From Candidatus Eiseniibacteriota bacterium (lineage in GTDB: Bacteria; Desulfobacterota; Binatia; DP-6): 64,000 nucleotides of DNA. Shown here one piece after another: positions 45,750-54,231 of this stretch. The stretch is taken from assembly GCA_035577985.1 (NCBI GenBank), contig DATJZY010000014.1, positions 569-64,568 on the forward strand, given 5' to 3'. Position numbers and translations under genes: made by a program. A model generated the notes under the pieces. It worked only from the letters and a program-made list of their open reading frames with translations. It had not been told where the DNA came from and ran no database searches. How positions within the stretch are numbered: position 1 is the first letter of the stretch; every line of letters starts with the position of its first letter.

Positions 45750-45835
45750 GGTTGTCCTCGCAGGTAGCCGAGCCAGTAGACCGCGTAGACGGCCGCGGCC
45801 CAGGCCGCGAGCACGACGCGCGTCACGCCCGGCAT
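45746..45835 (-). CDS. Candidate 29-aa hydrophobic peptide, translationally coupled to the GT-C gene
   Basis: MPGVTRVVLAAWAAAVYAVYWLGYLRGQP. Its stop overlaps the downstream GTG as GTGA. No clear SD; below the ORF-track size cut-off. Confidence 0.3.
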   Translation of the reverse strand: MPGVTRVVLAAWAAAVYAVYWLGYLRGQP

Positions 45836-45881
45836 GGGGTCGGAGAATACCCGGCGGCCCGCCGGATGACGAGCGGCGCGG

Positions 45882-46388
45882 CTACTGCTCCTGCTCCGCC
45901 CACTTGATCTTCACGCGGTACTTCCCGATGGCGCCTGGCCAGACCCGGGCTTCGCCGGCCGCGCCCGTGTACGGGTTCGCGAGGCCGAGCTTCACGACGG
46001 TCCGCCCCTCCTCGCTCTCGACGCGGCTGTTCGTGACGACGATGCCACCGCGCCCCAGCTCCTCGATCGTGACGCTCTTGGCCGGCGTCGGCTGCTCGCC
46101 CTGCTCCTCCCACTGCAGCCACTCGAGCACGACCTCGCTGCGCATGTTCCGGCGCCCGCCGCTCCGTACGACGACGCGGAAGATGCCCGAGCGGCCGCCC
46201 TCCTCCCACGTGCCGCCGGTCGCGATGTCGGACACGGCGGCATCCACCGGCGGCGCCGGTGGGCGCGCCGCAGGCGTGCTGGGCGCGGGACGCGGAGCCG
46301 GCTTCGGCGCTCGCCGCGCGCACCCCGCAAGGAGCACGACGGCGACCAGCGCGACCACCGCGGCGACGGGGCCGAACGTTCGGATCAT
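45882..46388 (-). CDS. Hypothetical lipoprotein
   Basis: Lipobox VVLLAGC, a Pro/Ala-rich tether, then a globular domain. Confidence 0.7.
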   Translation of the reverse strand: MIRTFGPVAAVVALVAVVLLAGCARRAPKPAPRPAPSTPAARPPAPPVDAAVSDIATGGTWEEGGRSGIFRVVVRSGGRRNMRSEVVLEWLQWEEQGEQPTPAKSVTIEELGRGGIVVTNSRVESEEGRTVVKLGLANPYTGAAGEARVWPGAIGKYRVKIKWAEQEQ

Positions 46389-46392
46389 GGCC

Positions 46393-47604
46393 TCACATAC
46401 CCCGCTTGAGGCTCCCGGTCAGGTCCTTTTCGACGTGTGCGCCGCCGCGCGCGACCGCGTCGTCCCCGAACCGCGCGACCAGCCGGTCGAGCGCCGTGTT
46501 GAGCGCCGCGCGGCGATCGACGCCGGGGGCGAAGAGCCCGAGCTGTCGGGCGCCGCTCGCGACGATCCCGCTCGCCGCGACGCCGACCAGGCGGATCGCG
46601 CCGCGCGGCCGATGCGCGTCCCACAGCGTGAGCGCCGCGTCCGACAGGACCTTGCCGTCGTCGGTCGGCGCGCCGAGCGTCGTGCGCCGCGTGAGCAGGC
46701 GGAACTTGCCGGGCCCGATGCGCTCGGCGAGCTTCATCTTCAGTACGACGACGCGCCCGCGCACGCCGTCGTGACGCAGGCGCCGCGCGACCGCCTCCGC
46801 ATGCGCGATGATGGTCGGGCGGACGACGTCGTCGTCGCGCACGTCCGCGCCGAACGTGTTCTCCTCGCCGTACGACTTGGCCTCGCGATCGGGCTCGACC
46901 GCGCGCGGGTCCTCGCCCCGCGCGAGCTGCCGCAGATGCTCCGCGGCGGGGCCCGCCACGCGGCGCAGGGCCGCATCGTCCAGGGCCGCGAGATCGCCGA
47001 TCGTGCGAATGCCGCGGCGCTCGAGTACGGCGCGCGTGACCGGCCCGACGCCCCACAGTCGCCCGACGGGCAGCGGATCGAGGAAGGCGCGCACCTGGTC
47101 GGGCCGCACCTCGTAGAGCCCGTCCGGCTTCGAGACGTCGCTCGCGATCTTCGCGATCATCTTCGCCGGCCCGATGCCGACCGAGACGGTGAGCTCCGTC
47201 GCCGCCCGCACGCGGTCCTTCACGAGGCGGCCGATGGCCAGCGGCTCGCCGAAGAGCCGCTCCGACGCGGACACGTCGATGAAGGCCTCGTCGATCGAGA
47301 GCGGCTCCACCTCGGGGCTGACGGTCTCGAAGATGGTGCGGATCTCGGCGCCGACGCGGCGGTACTTCGCCATGTCGCCGCGTACGAACACGCCCTCCGG
47401 GCAGAGCTTCCGCGCCTGGGCCGTCGGCATGGCCGAGTGGACGCCGTAGCGACGCGCCTCGTACGACGCGGCCATGACGACGCCGCGCCCGGAGGTGCCG
47501 CCGACGATGACCGGACGCCCGCGCAGCTCGGGACGGTCGCGCTGCTCGACGGACGCGTAGAACGCGTCCATGTCGGCGTGCAGGATGACGCGCGGGTCGC
47601 TCAC
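46393..47604 (-). CDS. dinB: DNA polymerase IV
   Basis: ILHADMDAFYASVEQRD ... SIDEAFIDV ... SVGIGPAKMIAKIASD. GTG 47604 overlaps the upstream stop as GTGA. Confidence 0.9.
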   Translation of the reverse strand: MSDPRVILHADMDAFYASVEQRDRPELRGRPVIVGGTSGRGVVMAASYEARRYGVHSAMPTAQARKLCPEGVFVRGDMAKYRRVGAEIRTIFETVSPEVEPLSIDEAFIDVSASERLFGEPLAIGRLVKDRVRAATELTVSVGIGPAKMIAKIASDVSKPDGLYEVRPDQVRAFLDPLPVGRLWGVGPVTRAVLERRGIRTIGDLAALDDAALRRVAGPAAEHLRQLARGEDPRAVEPDREAKSYGEENTFGADVRDDDVVRPTIIAHAEAVARRLRHDGVRGRVVVLKMKLAERIGPGKFRLLTRRTTLGAPTDDGKVLSDAALTLWDAHRPRGAIRLVGVAASGIVASGARQLGLFAPGVDRRAALNTALDRLVARFGDDAVARGGAHVEKDLTGSLKRGM

Positions 47605-47954
47605 GAGCCGAACCAGTCGTGCACCTTCGCGCGCGCCTTGGCCTTCACGTCGGGCGTCACGTAGACGCTCACGATGAGGAGCGCCACCAGCATCGTCCCG
47701 AGATCGTCGGTGTAGCCGATCGCAGGCACGAAATCGGGGATGACGTCGATCGGGATGACGAAGTACGCGAGCGCCGCGTAGATGACGCGCTTCGCCCACT
47801 CCGGCGTCCCCGGATGCTGGGCGGCGTAGTAGAGCCGCAGCGCGCGCTCGACGACGAAGCGCCCCGCGACGCGGGCGAAGCGACCGAGCTTCGAGAACAG
47901 CCGCTCCGCGGAGTAGCTGCCCACGACCTCCGGTGTGCGTACCTCGTTCGCCAT
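47601..47954 (-). CDS. YkvA/DUF1232 family membrane protein
   Basis: ALAYFVIPIDVIPDFVPAIGYTDDLG. Confidence 0.8.
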   Translation of the reverse strand: MANEVRTPEVVGSYSAERLFSKLGRFARVAGRFVVERALRLYYAAQHPGTPEWAKRVIYAALAYFVIPIDVIPDFVPAIGYTDDLGTMLVALLIVSVYVTPDVKAKARAKVHDWFGS

Positions 47955-48016
47955 GGCGGCGTCGTGCCCTCATGCCACGGCCGGCGACACCCTCCAACAC
48001 GACGACGGGGCGACGC

Positions 48017-48178
48017 TCAGTCGAGGATCGAGTCGGCGAAGCGGCGGCCGTAGTACACGCCGGCGGCGGTACCGAGGATGCTCACCATGTAGGCGGTCAT
48101 GAAGCCGACCTTGGCGCCGATGATCCAGCCGACCCAGCCGCCGGCGGTGGCCCCGATTCCCGCGAAGAGCCGTCCCAT
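48017..48178 (-). CDS. Small Gly-rich membrane protein (53 aa)
   Basis: ORF 48017..48322 trimmed to ATG 48178: MGRLFAGIGATAGGWVGWIIGAKVGFMTAYMVSILGTAAGVYYGRRF. Confidence 0.55.
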   Translation of the reverse strand: MGRLFAGIGATAGGWVGWIIGAKVGFMTAYMVSILGTAAGVYYGRRFADSILD

Positions 48179-48207
48179 GCGTCCACTACGCCACCCGGGC
48201 GCCCGAG

Positions 48208-48236
48208 TTGCGAGCGCCGCGGCGCTGCGGCCTAAT
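48208..48236 (+). promoter_or_regulatory. Candidate sigma-70 promoter, leaderless-type, for the thiolase gene
   Basis: TTGCGA-N17-CCTAAT, then 7 nt to ATG 48244. Confidence 0.4.
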
Positions 48237-48243
48237 CCGGGCC

Positions 48244-49422
48244 ATGTCGCATGCGTTCGTCGTCGCGACCGCCCGCACGCCGATCGGGAGCTTCGCCGGA
48301 ACGCTCTCCGCGCTCGCCGCACCGGCGCTCGGCGCCGCGGCGGTGCGCGCCGCGGTCGAGCGGAGCCGCATCCCCGCGGACGCGGTCGAGCAGGTGATCA
48401 TGGGCAACGTCATCGGGGCCGGGCTCGGGCAGGCCCCGGCGCGGCAGGCGGGGATCGGCGCGGGCATTCCGACCTCGCACGGCGCGCTCACCGTGAACAA
48501 GGTGTGCGGCTCGGGCCTGGTGGCGATCGGCCTCGCCGCCCAGGCGATCCGGCTGGGCGAAGCCGAGGTCGTCGTCGCCGGCGGCATGGAGAGCATGAGC
48601 AACGCGCCCTACCTCCTGCCGCAGGCGCGCGCGGGGTATCGGCTCGGCCACGGGCGCGTCGTCGACGCGATGATCCACGACGGCCTGTGGGACCCGTACG
48701 ACGACTTCCACATGGGCAGCGCGGCCGAGCGCTGCGCCAAGAGCCACGACGTGTCGCGCGCCGCCCAGGACGCGTACGCGACCGAGAGCTACCGCCGGGC
48801 GCAGGCCGCGATCGCCGAGGGCCGCTTTCGCGACGAGATCGTCGCGGTCGAGATTCCGGGACGGCGCGGGTCCACGCGAGTCGACACCGACGAGGAGCCG
48901 GCGCGTGTCGACTTCGATCGCATCGGGAGCTTGAAGCCCGCCTTCGAGGCCGGCGGCACGATCACCGCCGCGAACGCATCCACCATTGCGGACGGCGCCG
49001 CGGCGGCGCTGGTCGCGAGCGAGGCGGCGTGCAAACGGCACGGCCTCGCGCCGCGGGCCCGCATCGTCGCGACGGCGAGCGCCGGACGCGCACCGGCCGA
49101 GTTCCCGATCGCACCCGTCGACGCCGTGCGGCAGGTGCTGGAGCGCGCCGGCCTGTCCACGACGGACATCGATCTGTACGAGATCAACGAGGCGTTCGCG
49201 GTCGTCGCCATCGCCTGTATGCGCGCGCTCGGCCTCGACCAGGCGCGCGTCAACGTGCACGGCGGCGCGATCGCCCTCGGCCATCCGATCGGCGCCAGCG
49301 GTGCCCGCGTGCTGGTGACGCTGCTCCACGCCCTGGAGCAGCGTGATCTCCGCCGGGGTCTCGCCACCCTCTGCCTCGGCGGCGGCGAGGCGATCGCGAT
49401 GGTGATCGATCGCGAGGTCTAG
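48244..49422 (+). CDS. Acetyl-CoA C-acetyltransferase (thiolase II)
   Basis: VVATARTPIGSF ... NKVCGSGL ... NVHGGAIALGHPIGASG ... LCLGGG. Confidence 0.95.
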   Translation: MSHAFVVATARTPIGSFAGTLSALAAPALGAAAVRAAVERSRIPADAVEQVIMGNVIGAGLGQAPARQAGIGAGIPTSHGALTVNKVCGSGLVAIGLAAQAIRLGEAEVVVAGGMESMSNAPYLLPQARAGYRLGHGRVVDAMIHDGLWDPYDDFHMGSAAERCAKSHDVSRAAQDAYATESYRRAQAAIAEGRFRDEIVAVEIPGRRGSTRVDTDEEPARVDFDRIGSLKPAFEAGGTITAANASTIADGAAAALVASEAACKRHGLAPRARIVATASAGRAPAEFPIAPVDAVRQVLERAGLSTTDIDLYEINEAFAVVAIACMRALGLDQARVNVHGGAIALGHPIGASGARVLVTLLHALEQRDLRRGLATLCLGGGEAIAMVIDREV

Positions 49423-49426
49423 GATA

Positions 49427-49453
49427 CCGACCCAAGACGGAGTCTCGGGTCGG
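49427..49453. repeat. GC-rich palindrome, REP-like family member d, between convergent genes
   Basis: ccgacccaagac-gga-gtctcgggtcgg with one mismatch. It lies 5 nt from each flanking stop codon. Confidence 0.65.
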
Positions 49454-49457
49454 CTTC

Positions 49458-50009
49458 CTAGTCGCGCATCGCGTCGGCGATGGTCACGCTCCCCGTGCCG
49501 AAGGGGCCGGGGTAGGCCGTCAGCGGTCGCGTCGCCGGCGAGCCGTAGAACGTGAGCAGGGCCAGCGACCGGATGCCGCGGAACACCGAGCGCTTCAGCT
49601 CGAGCCGAGAGGTCATGCACTCCGCGAGCACGCCGTCCTGCGCGTCGGGGGGGAGCGACGTGAACGGCCGCACCTTCGCGACCAGGGGCCAGACGCCGAA
49701 CTCGAGCACGAGCAGCGCCTGCGCGAGCGGGCCCGCGACGCTCGGCGCGGCCACCAGCCATGCGTCGGCGAGCCGCCCGACGTCGACGCGTCGAGCGGCG
49801 ATGAGCTCGGCGCCGCGCGGCCCGACGATGCGCATCGCCGCCGCCGTGAACACGGCGTAGGTGCGGGGCGAGAGCACCGCGAGCGTCACCTCGGGTGGCG
49901 GCGCGAGGCCGTCGGGGACCCCGCCACATCCGGTCGGCACGATGCCGGTCGCCGCCGCGACGCCGGCGAGACGAAGGAACGTCCGGCGATCGAGCGACGC
50001 CGCAGCCAT
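49458..50009 (-). CDS. Gluconate 2-dehydrogenase subunit 3 family protein (Tat signal)
   Basis: C-terminal 183 codons of ORF 49458..51314: MAAASLDRRTFLRLAGVAAATGIVPTGC. Confidence 0.75.
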   Translation of the reverse strand: MAAASLDRRTFLRLAGVAAATGIVPTGCGGVPDGLAPPPEVTLAVLSPRTYAVFTAAAMRIVGPRGAELIAARRVDVGRLADAWLVAAPSVAGPLAQALLVLEFGVWPLVAKVRPFTSLPPDAQDGVLAECMTSRLELKRSVFRGIRSLALLTFYGSPATRPLTAYPGPFGTGSVTIADAMRD

Positions 50010-50032
50010 GCGGAGCTCGGCCGGGAGCGCGC

Positions 50033-51490
50033 TCACGCCGGCCCTCGCACGATCCCCTCGGCGATGCGGAGCGCGTTCGCGATCACCGTGATCTGCGGAT
50101 TGACGCCGGTCGCCGACGGCAGGCTCGAGGCGCAGGCGACGTAGAGCCCGCGCACGCCGAACACCGCGCCGGACGCATCGCACGCGCCCTGCGCGGGCGA
50201 CCCCGCCATCGCCGCCCCGCCGAAGAGGTGCACGGCGTACAGGAGGGCGAGATCGCTCGGCCGAAGCGGCCGCGTCTTCATCGCCGCCAGGTCCGCCTCG
50301 CGACGGATCGGCTCCGTCCCGTTGATGGGCAGCAGCACCTCCTCGGCGCCGGCGTTGAGGTAGCAGCTCGCGGCGCCGACCATGCCCGCCCACAGGCGCT
50401 CCAGGTCCTCGGGCGCGAGCTCGTATCGCACGGCACCCTCCGCGCCGATCGTGCCGCGCGTGCGATCGTGGATCACGACGAGCGCACGGGCGAGATTCGG
50501 CAGCGCCGCCATGGTCTCGGCGTGGGCTGCGCCGAACCCGGGCAGCGCCGATGCCGCGACGATCGGGTGCACCGTGACGCTCTCGATCATGGCACCGGGC
50601 CCGCGGTGCCCGTGCACGTCGGACAGCTCGTCGACGGCCCACGCCATCGTCGGCCCGTAGTAGCCGTGCACCGGCTCGGCGAAACGCGCCGTCACGTGGA
50701 CGCTGGAATGGAACTGCAGCCCCTGCCCCGCGCGCCCGCCGACGCCGCTGCGCAGGAGCAACGCCGGCGTTTCGAGCACGCCCGCGGCGACGCAGACGAG
50801 CGGCGCGTCGATCGCGACCTGCGTGCCGTCCGCGCGGGCGGCGTCGACGCCGCGTGCGACGCCCGCCTCGATGCGAACGCGCAGCGCGCGCGTGCCGGCG
50901 AGCGTGCGCGCACCCGCGCGCTCGGCCCGCGGCACGTACGTGACCAGCGTCGACTGCTTGGCGTTGCTGGGGCACCCGTAGTTGCACAGGCCCAGGTTCG
51001 CGCAGTCGCGCACGCTCCGCGGCGTCGCCGACGCCGACCAGCCGAGCCGTCTGGCGCCCAGGGCCAGCAGGCGGGCGTTGCGGTTCAGATGATCCGGCCC
51101 GGTCGCCTCGGCGTGAACGTCGGTCCACGCGCGCTCGACGAACGGCGCCCACGCGGCGTCGGTGAGCCCGGCGAGGCCGTGGGCGTCGCGCCACTCGGCG
51201 AGCACCTCCGGTGCCGGCCGGAAGCAGAGCGCGTCGTTGATGACCGTCGAGCCGCCGACGCATGCGCCGGCATAGAGGTTCATGGTCGTGTCGGCGGTCG
51301 ACGCCACCTTCCACAGGCGCGCCGTCATCTCGCCCTCGTCGCCGGTGAAGTCGCCGGCTTCGAGCCGCGGGCCGGCCTCGACCACGATCACGCGCCGGCC
51401 GGACTCCGCGAGCACGGCGGCCGCGGGACCGCCGCCGGCGCCGCTTCCGACGACGACGGCATCGGCCGCGAGCCGCTCGGGCGGGCTCAC
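50033..51490 (-). CDS. GMC family FAD-dependent oxidoreductase
   Basis: VVVGSGAGGGPAAAVLAESGRRVIVVEAG, and a C-terminal GVNPQITVIANA. Confidence 0.9.
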   Translation of the reverse strand: MSPPERLAADAVVVGSGAGGGPAAAVLAESGRRVIVVEAGPRLEAGDFTGDEGEMTARLWKVASTADTTMNLYAGACVGGSTVINDALCFRPAPEVLAEWRDAHGLAGLTDAAWAPFVERAWTDVHAEATGPDHLNRNARLLALGARRLGWSASATPRSVRDCANLGLCNYGCPSNAKQSTLVTYVPRAERAGARTLAGTRALRVRIEAGVARGVDAARADGTQVAIDAPLVCVAAGVLETPALLLRSGVGGRAGQGLQFHSSVHVTARFAEPVHGYYGPTMAWAVDELSDVHGHRGPGAMIESVTVHPIVAASALPGFGAAHAETMAALPNLARALVVIHDRTRGTIGAEGAVRYELAPEDLERLWAGMVGAASCYLNAGAEEVLLPINGTEPIRREADLAAMKTRPLRPSDLALLYAVHLFGGAAMAGSPAQGACDASGAVFGVRGLYVACASSLPSATGVNPQITVIANALRIAEGIVRGPA

Positions 51491-51500
51491 GGCCTCGGCG

Positions 51501-52661
51501 TCACGGCGTCGCGACGATGCAGATGCCGCACGCCTGCGGCGCGCCGCCGATGTTGTGCGACAGCGCCACGTTCGCGCGCTTCACCTGGCGCTTCTCCGCC
51601 TTGCCCTGGAGCTGCTTGTAGTTCTCGTAGATCATTCGGACGCCGGTGGCGCCGGTCGGGTGGCCGAAGGTCTTGAGGCCGCCGTCGGTGTTGACCGGCA
51701 GCTCGCCGCCCAGCTCGAAGACGCCGCTCTTCACGTGCTCCTTCGCCGAGCCCTTCTCGCAGAAGCCGAGGTCCTCGTAGGCGAGCAGCTCGGTCAGCGT
51801 GAAGCAGTCGTGGACCTGCGCGAGGTCGATCTCCTTGCGCGGGTTCGTGATGCCGGCTTGGGCATAGACCTGCCGCGCGGCCATCTCCGTCGCCTTCCAG
51901 CGCAGGAAGTCGAAGCTCGGGTCCTCCTGCGGATTCGGCGCGAGGGCGATGCCGATCGCCCGCACGAGGATGTAGTCGTCGCGGTAGCCCTTGGCGAGCT
52001 CGCGCCGCGTGATGACGGCGGCGGCGGCGCCGTCGGACTGCGCGGCGCAGTCGTAGAGGCCGAACGGCCACGAGATGACGCGCGCGGCCAGCACGTCCTC
52101 GACCGTGATCTCGCGCTTCAGCATGGACTTGGGCGCGAGCGTGCCGTTGTGGTGGTTCTTGACGGCGATGCGCGCCAGGTCCTCGCGCGACGCGCCGTAG
52201 GTCTCGAAGTACTGCGCGGCGCAGAGGGAGAACCAGCCGGCCGGCGTCGCGGGCAGGCCGCGCACGCCCGTCACGGCGACGCTCGGGCCCGAGACGCCGC
52301 GGTCCTTCGGCTTGTCGAACCCGACGACGAGCACGGTGTCGTACATGCCGCACGCGACCGAGAAGACGGCGCAGCGGAATGCGTCGGTGCCCGTCGCGCA
52401 GTAGTTGACGACCATCGTGACCGGCCGATCGAAGAGCTTCAAGGCGTCGGCCACCTCGGCCGAGCCCTTGGAGGGATATTGCGCGCCGCAGAACACGGCC
52501 TCGATCTGCTTCTGCGGGTTGTCGATGCCGGCGTCCTGGTAGGCCTCGTACGCCGCCTCGACGATCATGTCCTGCGGGTCCTTGTCCCAGTTCTCGCCGA
52601 ACTTGCAGCAGCCCATGCCGACGATGGCGACCTTGTCGCGAATGGCGTCCGTCTTGCCCAT
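51501..52661 (-). CDS. SCP-x/archaeal-type thiolase (the type that partners DUF35 proteins)
   Basis: C-terminal 386 codons of ORF 51501..54203: VAIVGMGCCKFG ... NYCATGTDAF ... GGLKTFGHPTGATG. Confidence 0.85.
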   Translation of the reverse strand: MGKTDAIRDKVAIVGMGCCKFGENWDKDPQDMIVEAAYEAYQDAGIDNPQKQIEAVFCGAQYPSKGSAEVADALKLFDRPVTMVVNYCATGTDAFRCAVFSVACGMYDTVLVVGFDKPKDRGVSGPSVAVTGVRGLPATPAGWFSLCAAQYFETYGASREDLARIAVKNHHNGTLAPKSMLKREITVEDVLAARVISWPFGLYDCAAQSDGAAAAVITRRELAKGYRDDYILVRAIGIALAPNPQEDPSFDFLRWKATEMAARQVYAQAGITNPRKEIDLAQVHDCFTLTELLAYEDLGFCEKGSAKEHVKSGVFELGGELPVNTDGGLKTFGHPTGATGVRMIYENYKQLQGKAEKRQVKRANVALSHNIGGAPQACGICIVATP

Positions 52662-52669
52662 GACGGGCG

Positions 52670-52698
52670 AAGCTACGACCCGCGCCCGGGAACTGCAA
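52670..52698 (-). promoter_or_regulatory. Candidate sigma-70 promoter, copy 1 of a conserved pair
   Basis: Minus strand reads GCGGCTTGCAGTT..N..TCGTAGCTTCGCCCG. This gives TTGCAG-N17-TAGCTT, then 8 nt to ATG 52661. Confidence 0.5.
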
Positions 52699-52702
52699 GC
52701 CG

Positions 52703-54217
52703 CTAGAGGGTCGCGAGAAGGGCGCCCACCTGCTGGCGATAGCGCGCGATGTGGTCGTGCATCCCCTGGGCGCACGTTCCGGTGACGAGGCGACCCACGG
52801 CCTTGTCGGTCGCGCCGAGGAGGCGCAGCGTCTTGCGGAGAAGCTTCTTCTGCTTCCCGGGCGCTCCGGCGCCCGCGGCCTGGCGCGCCGCCTGCACGGC
52901 CTTGCGCATCTTGCGGAACGGGACGGTCGAGATCGACCCCGTGCAGTCGACCGTGAGGAGACCGAGCGCCACCTCGCACGCGGCTTCGGCGACCGGCGTC
53001 GCGGGGAGAAGGCTCGCGGGATACGCGAAGTCCGCGGCGTCGATGTCGTCCTGCCCGAGGCGCGCGCCGCGCCCGTCGTCGTGGGCCGAGAAGTACATGA
53101 GCGCGTCGAGCTTCACCGGATCCGTCTCGGCGGGGTTCTCGGACGAGTGGCCGAATCCGATCGCGTGGCCGAGCTCGTGGCCCACCACCTCGGCGAGCCC
53201 CACCGCATCGGCGAGGCACATGCCGACCTCGGGATTCAACACCACGTCCCCCTCGAACGCCTTCCCGAAGATCGTACCGTTGACGATGCGCTGGAGCTCG
53301 GAGATCTCCGTGGAGCTCGCCGAGAAGACGCCGCCGATGGCGAGCACGCCGGTGCAATTGGCGAGGTTCGGCACGTCGCCGAACGGGTCGCCGAACATGA
53401 CGACGTTGTCGCCGTCGAGCGTGCCGCCGACGCCCGACGGCGCGGCGGGAACGACGCTGCCCGCCAGCAGCGTGATCGACGCGTCCGGCGCGCCGGTCCA
53501 CGCCGCCGTGCCGGCCGCGAGCGCGCTCGCGCTCACGCCGTCGTCGAACGCCGGGTCGGCGCCGGCGCGGTCGAACGTGATCGGCAGCCCGCAGTCCGCC
53601 TCGAACCAGCGCGCCCCGATGCCGGCGTCGTCGGTCGAGAGCGTGAAGGCCTCCGACAGGAAGGTCGGCGGCTCGATGCCGATGCCGCTCCGTCCGTCCG
53701 TGCGCGCACCGGTGCCGGCGCGCGCGAGCTCGCCCACCCGTGCGACCAGCGTCGCGAGCGGGCGCGCATCGACCGTGGGCCCGGCGCGCCGCGCGATGGG
53801 AACGCCGTCGCGCGCGGCGAGGATCGCGTACTTCCCGAGCGCGAGCGAGTTCGTGGTGAGGCTGCCGTCGCGACGCGCCCGCAGGAAGACGAGCGCGCGC
53901 TCGCCCTGCGCGTAGCTCGGCGCTCCGAACACGACGCTGCGGATGCCGGCGACGTCGCCGCCCGCGTCCGTCACGACCACGCTGGGACCGCCGGGATCGC
54001 CCTTCACGGCTTGCTCGACCGCGATCGTGACGCGCGTCATCACGCGGTTCGTACCCAGGAGCACGGACGCGACACGCTCGACCGTGCCGACCACGACGAG
54101 GTCGGAGGTCGCGACCAGGTCCTCGTCGGACATCGGGACGATGACCGTCCCGCGCGCGACCGACGTCGCGAGCACGAGCCCGAACCCCATCCCCCACACC
54201 CACCAGCCTCGCGACAT
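52703..54217 (-). CDS. Secreted metzincin (matrixin-like) zinc metalloprotease
   Basis: HELGHAIGFGHS (HExxHxxGxxH). N-terminal signal MSRGWWVWGMGFGLVLATSVARG. GGGAGG lies upstream of ATG 54217. Confidence 0.85.
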   Translation of the reverse strand: MSRGWWVWGMGFGLVLATSVARGTVIVPMSDEDLVATSDLVVVGTVERVASVLLGTNRVMTRVTIAVEQAVKGDPGGPSVVVTDAGGDVAGIRSVVFGAPSYAQGERALVFLRARRDGSLTTNSLALGKYAILAARDGVPIARRAGPTVDARPLATLVARVGELARAGTGARTDGRSGIGIEPPTFLSEAFTLSTDDAGIGARWFEADCGLPITFDRAGADPAFDDGVSASALAAGTAAWTGAPDASITLLAGSVVPAAPSGVGGTLDGDNVVMFGDPFGDVPNLANCTGVLAIGGVFSASSTEISELQRIVNGTIFGKAFEGDVVLNPEVGMCLADAVGLAEVVGHELGHAIGFGHSSENPAETDPVKLDALMYFSAHDDGRGARLGQDDIDAADFAYPASLLPATPVAEAACEVALGLLTVDCTGSISTVPFRKMRKAVQAARQAAGAGAPGKQKKLLRKTLRLLGATDKAVGRLVTGTCAQGMHDHIARYRQQVGALLATL

Positions 54218-54231
54218 CTCGCCTCCCAGCG

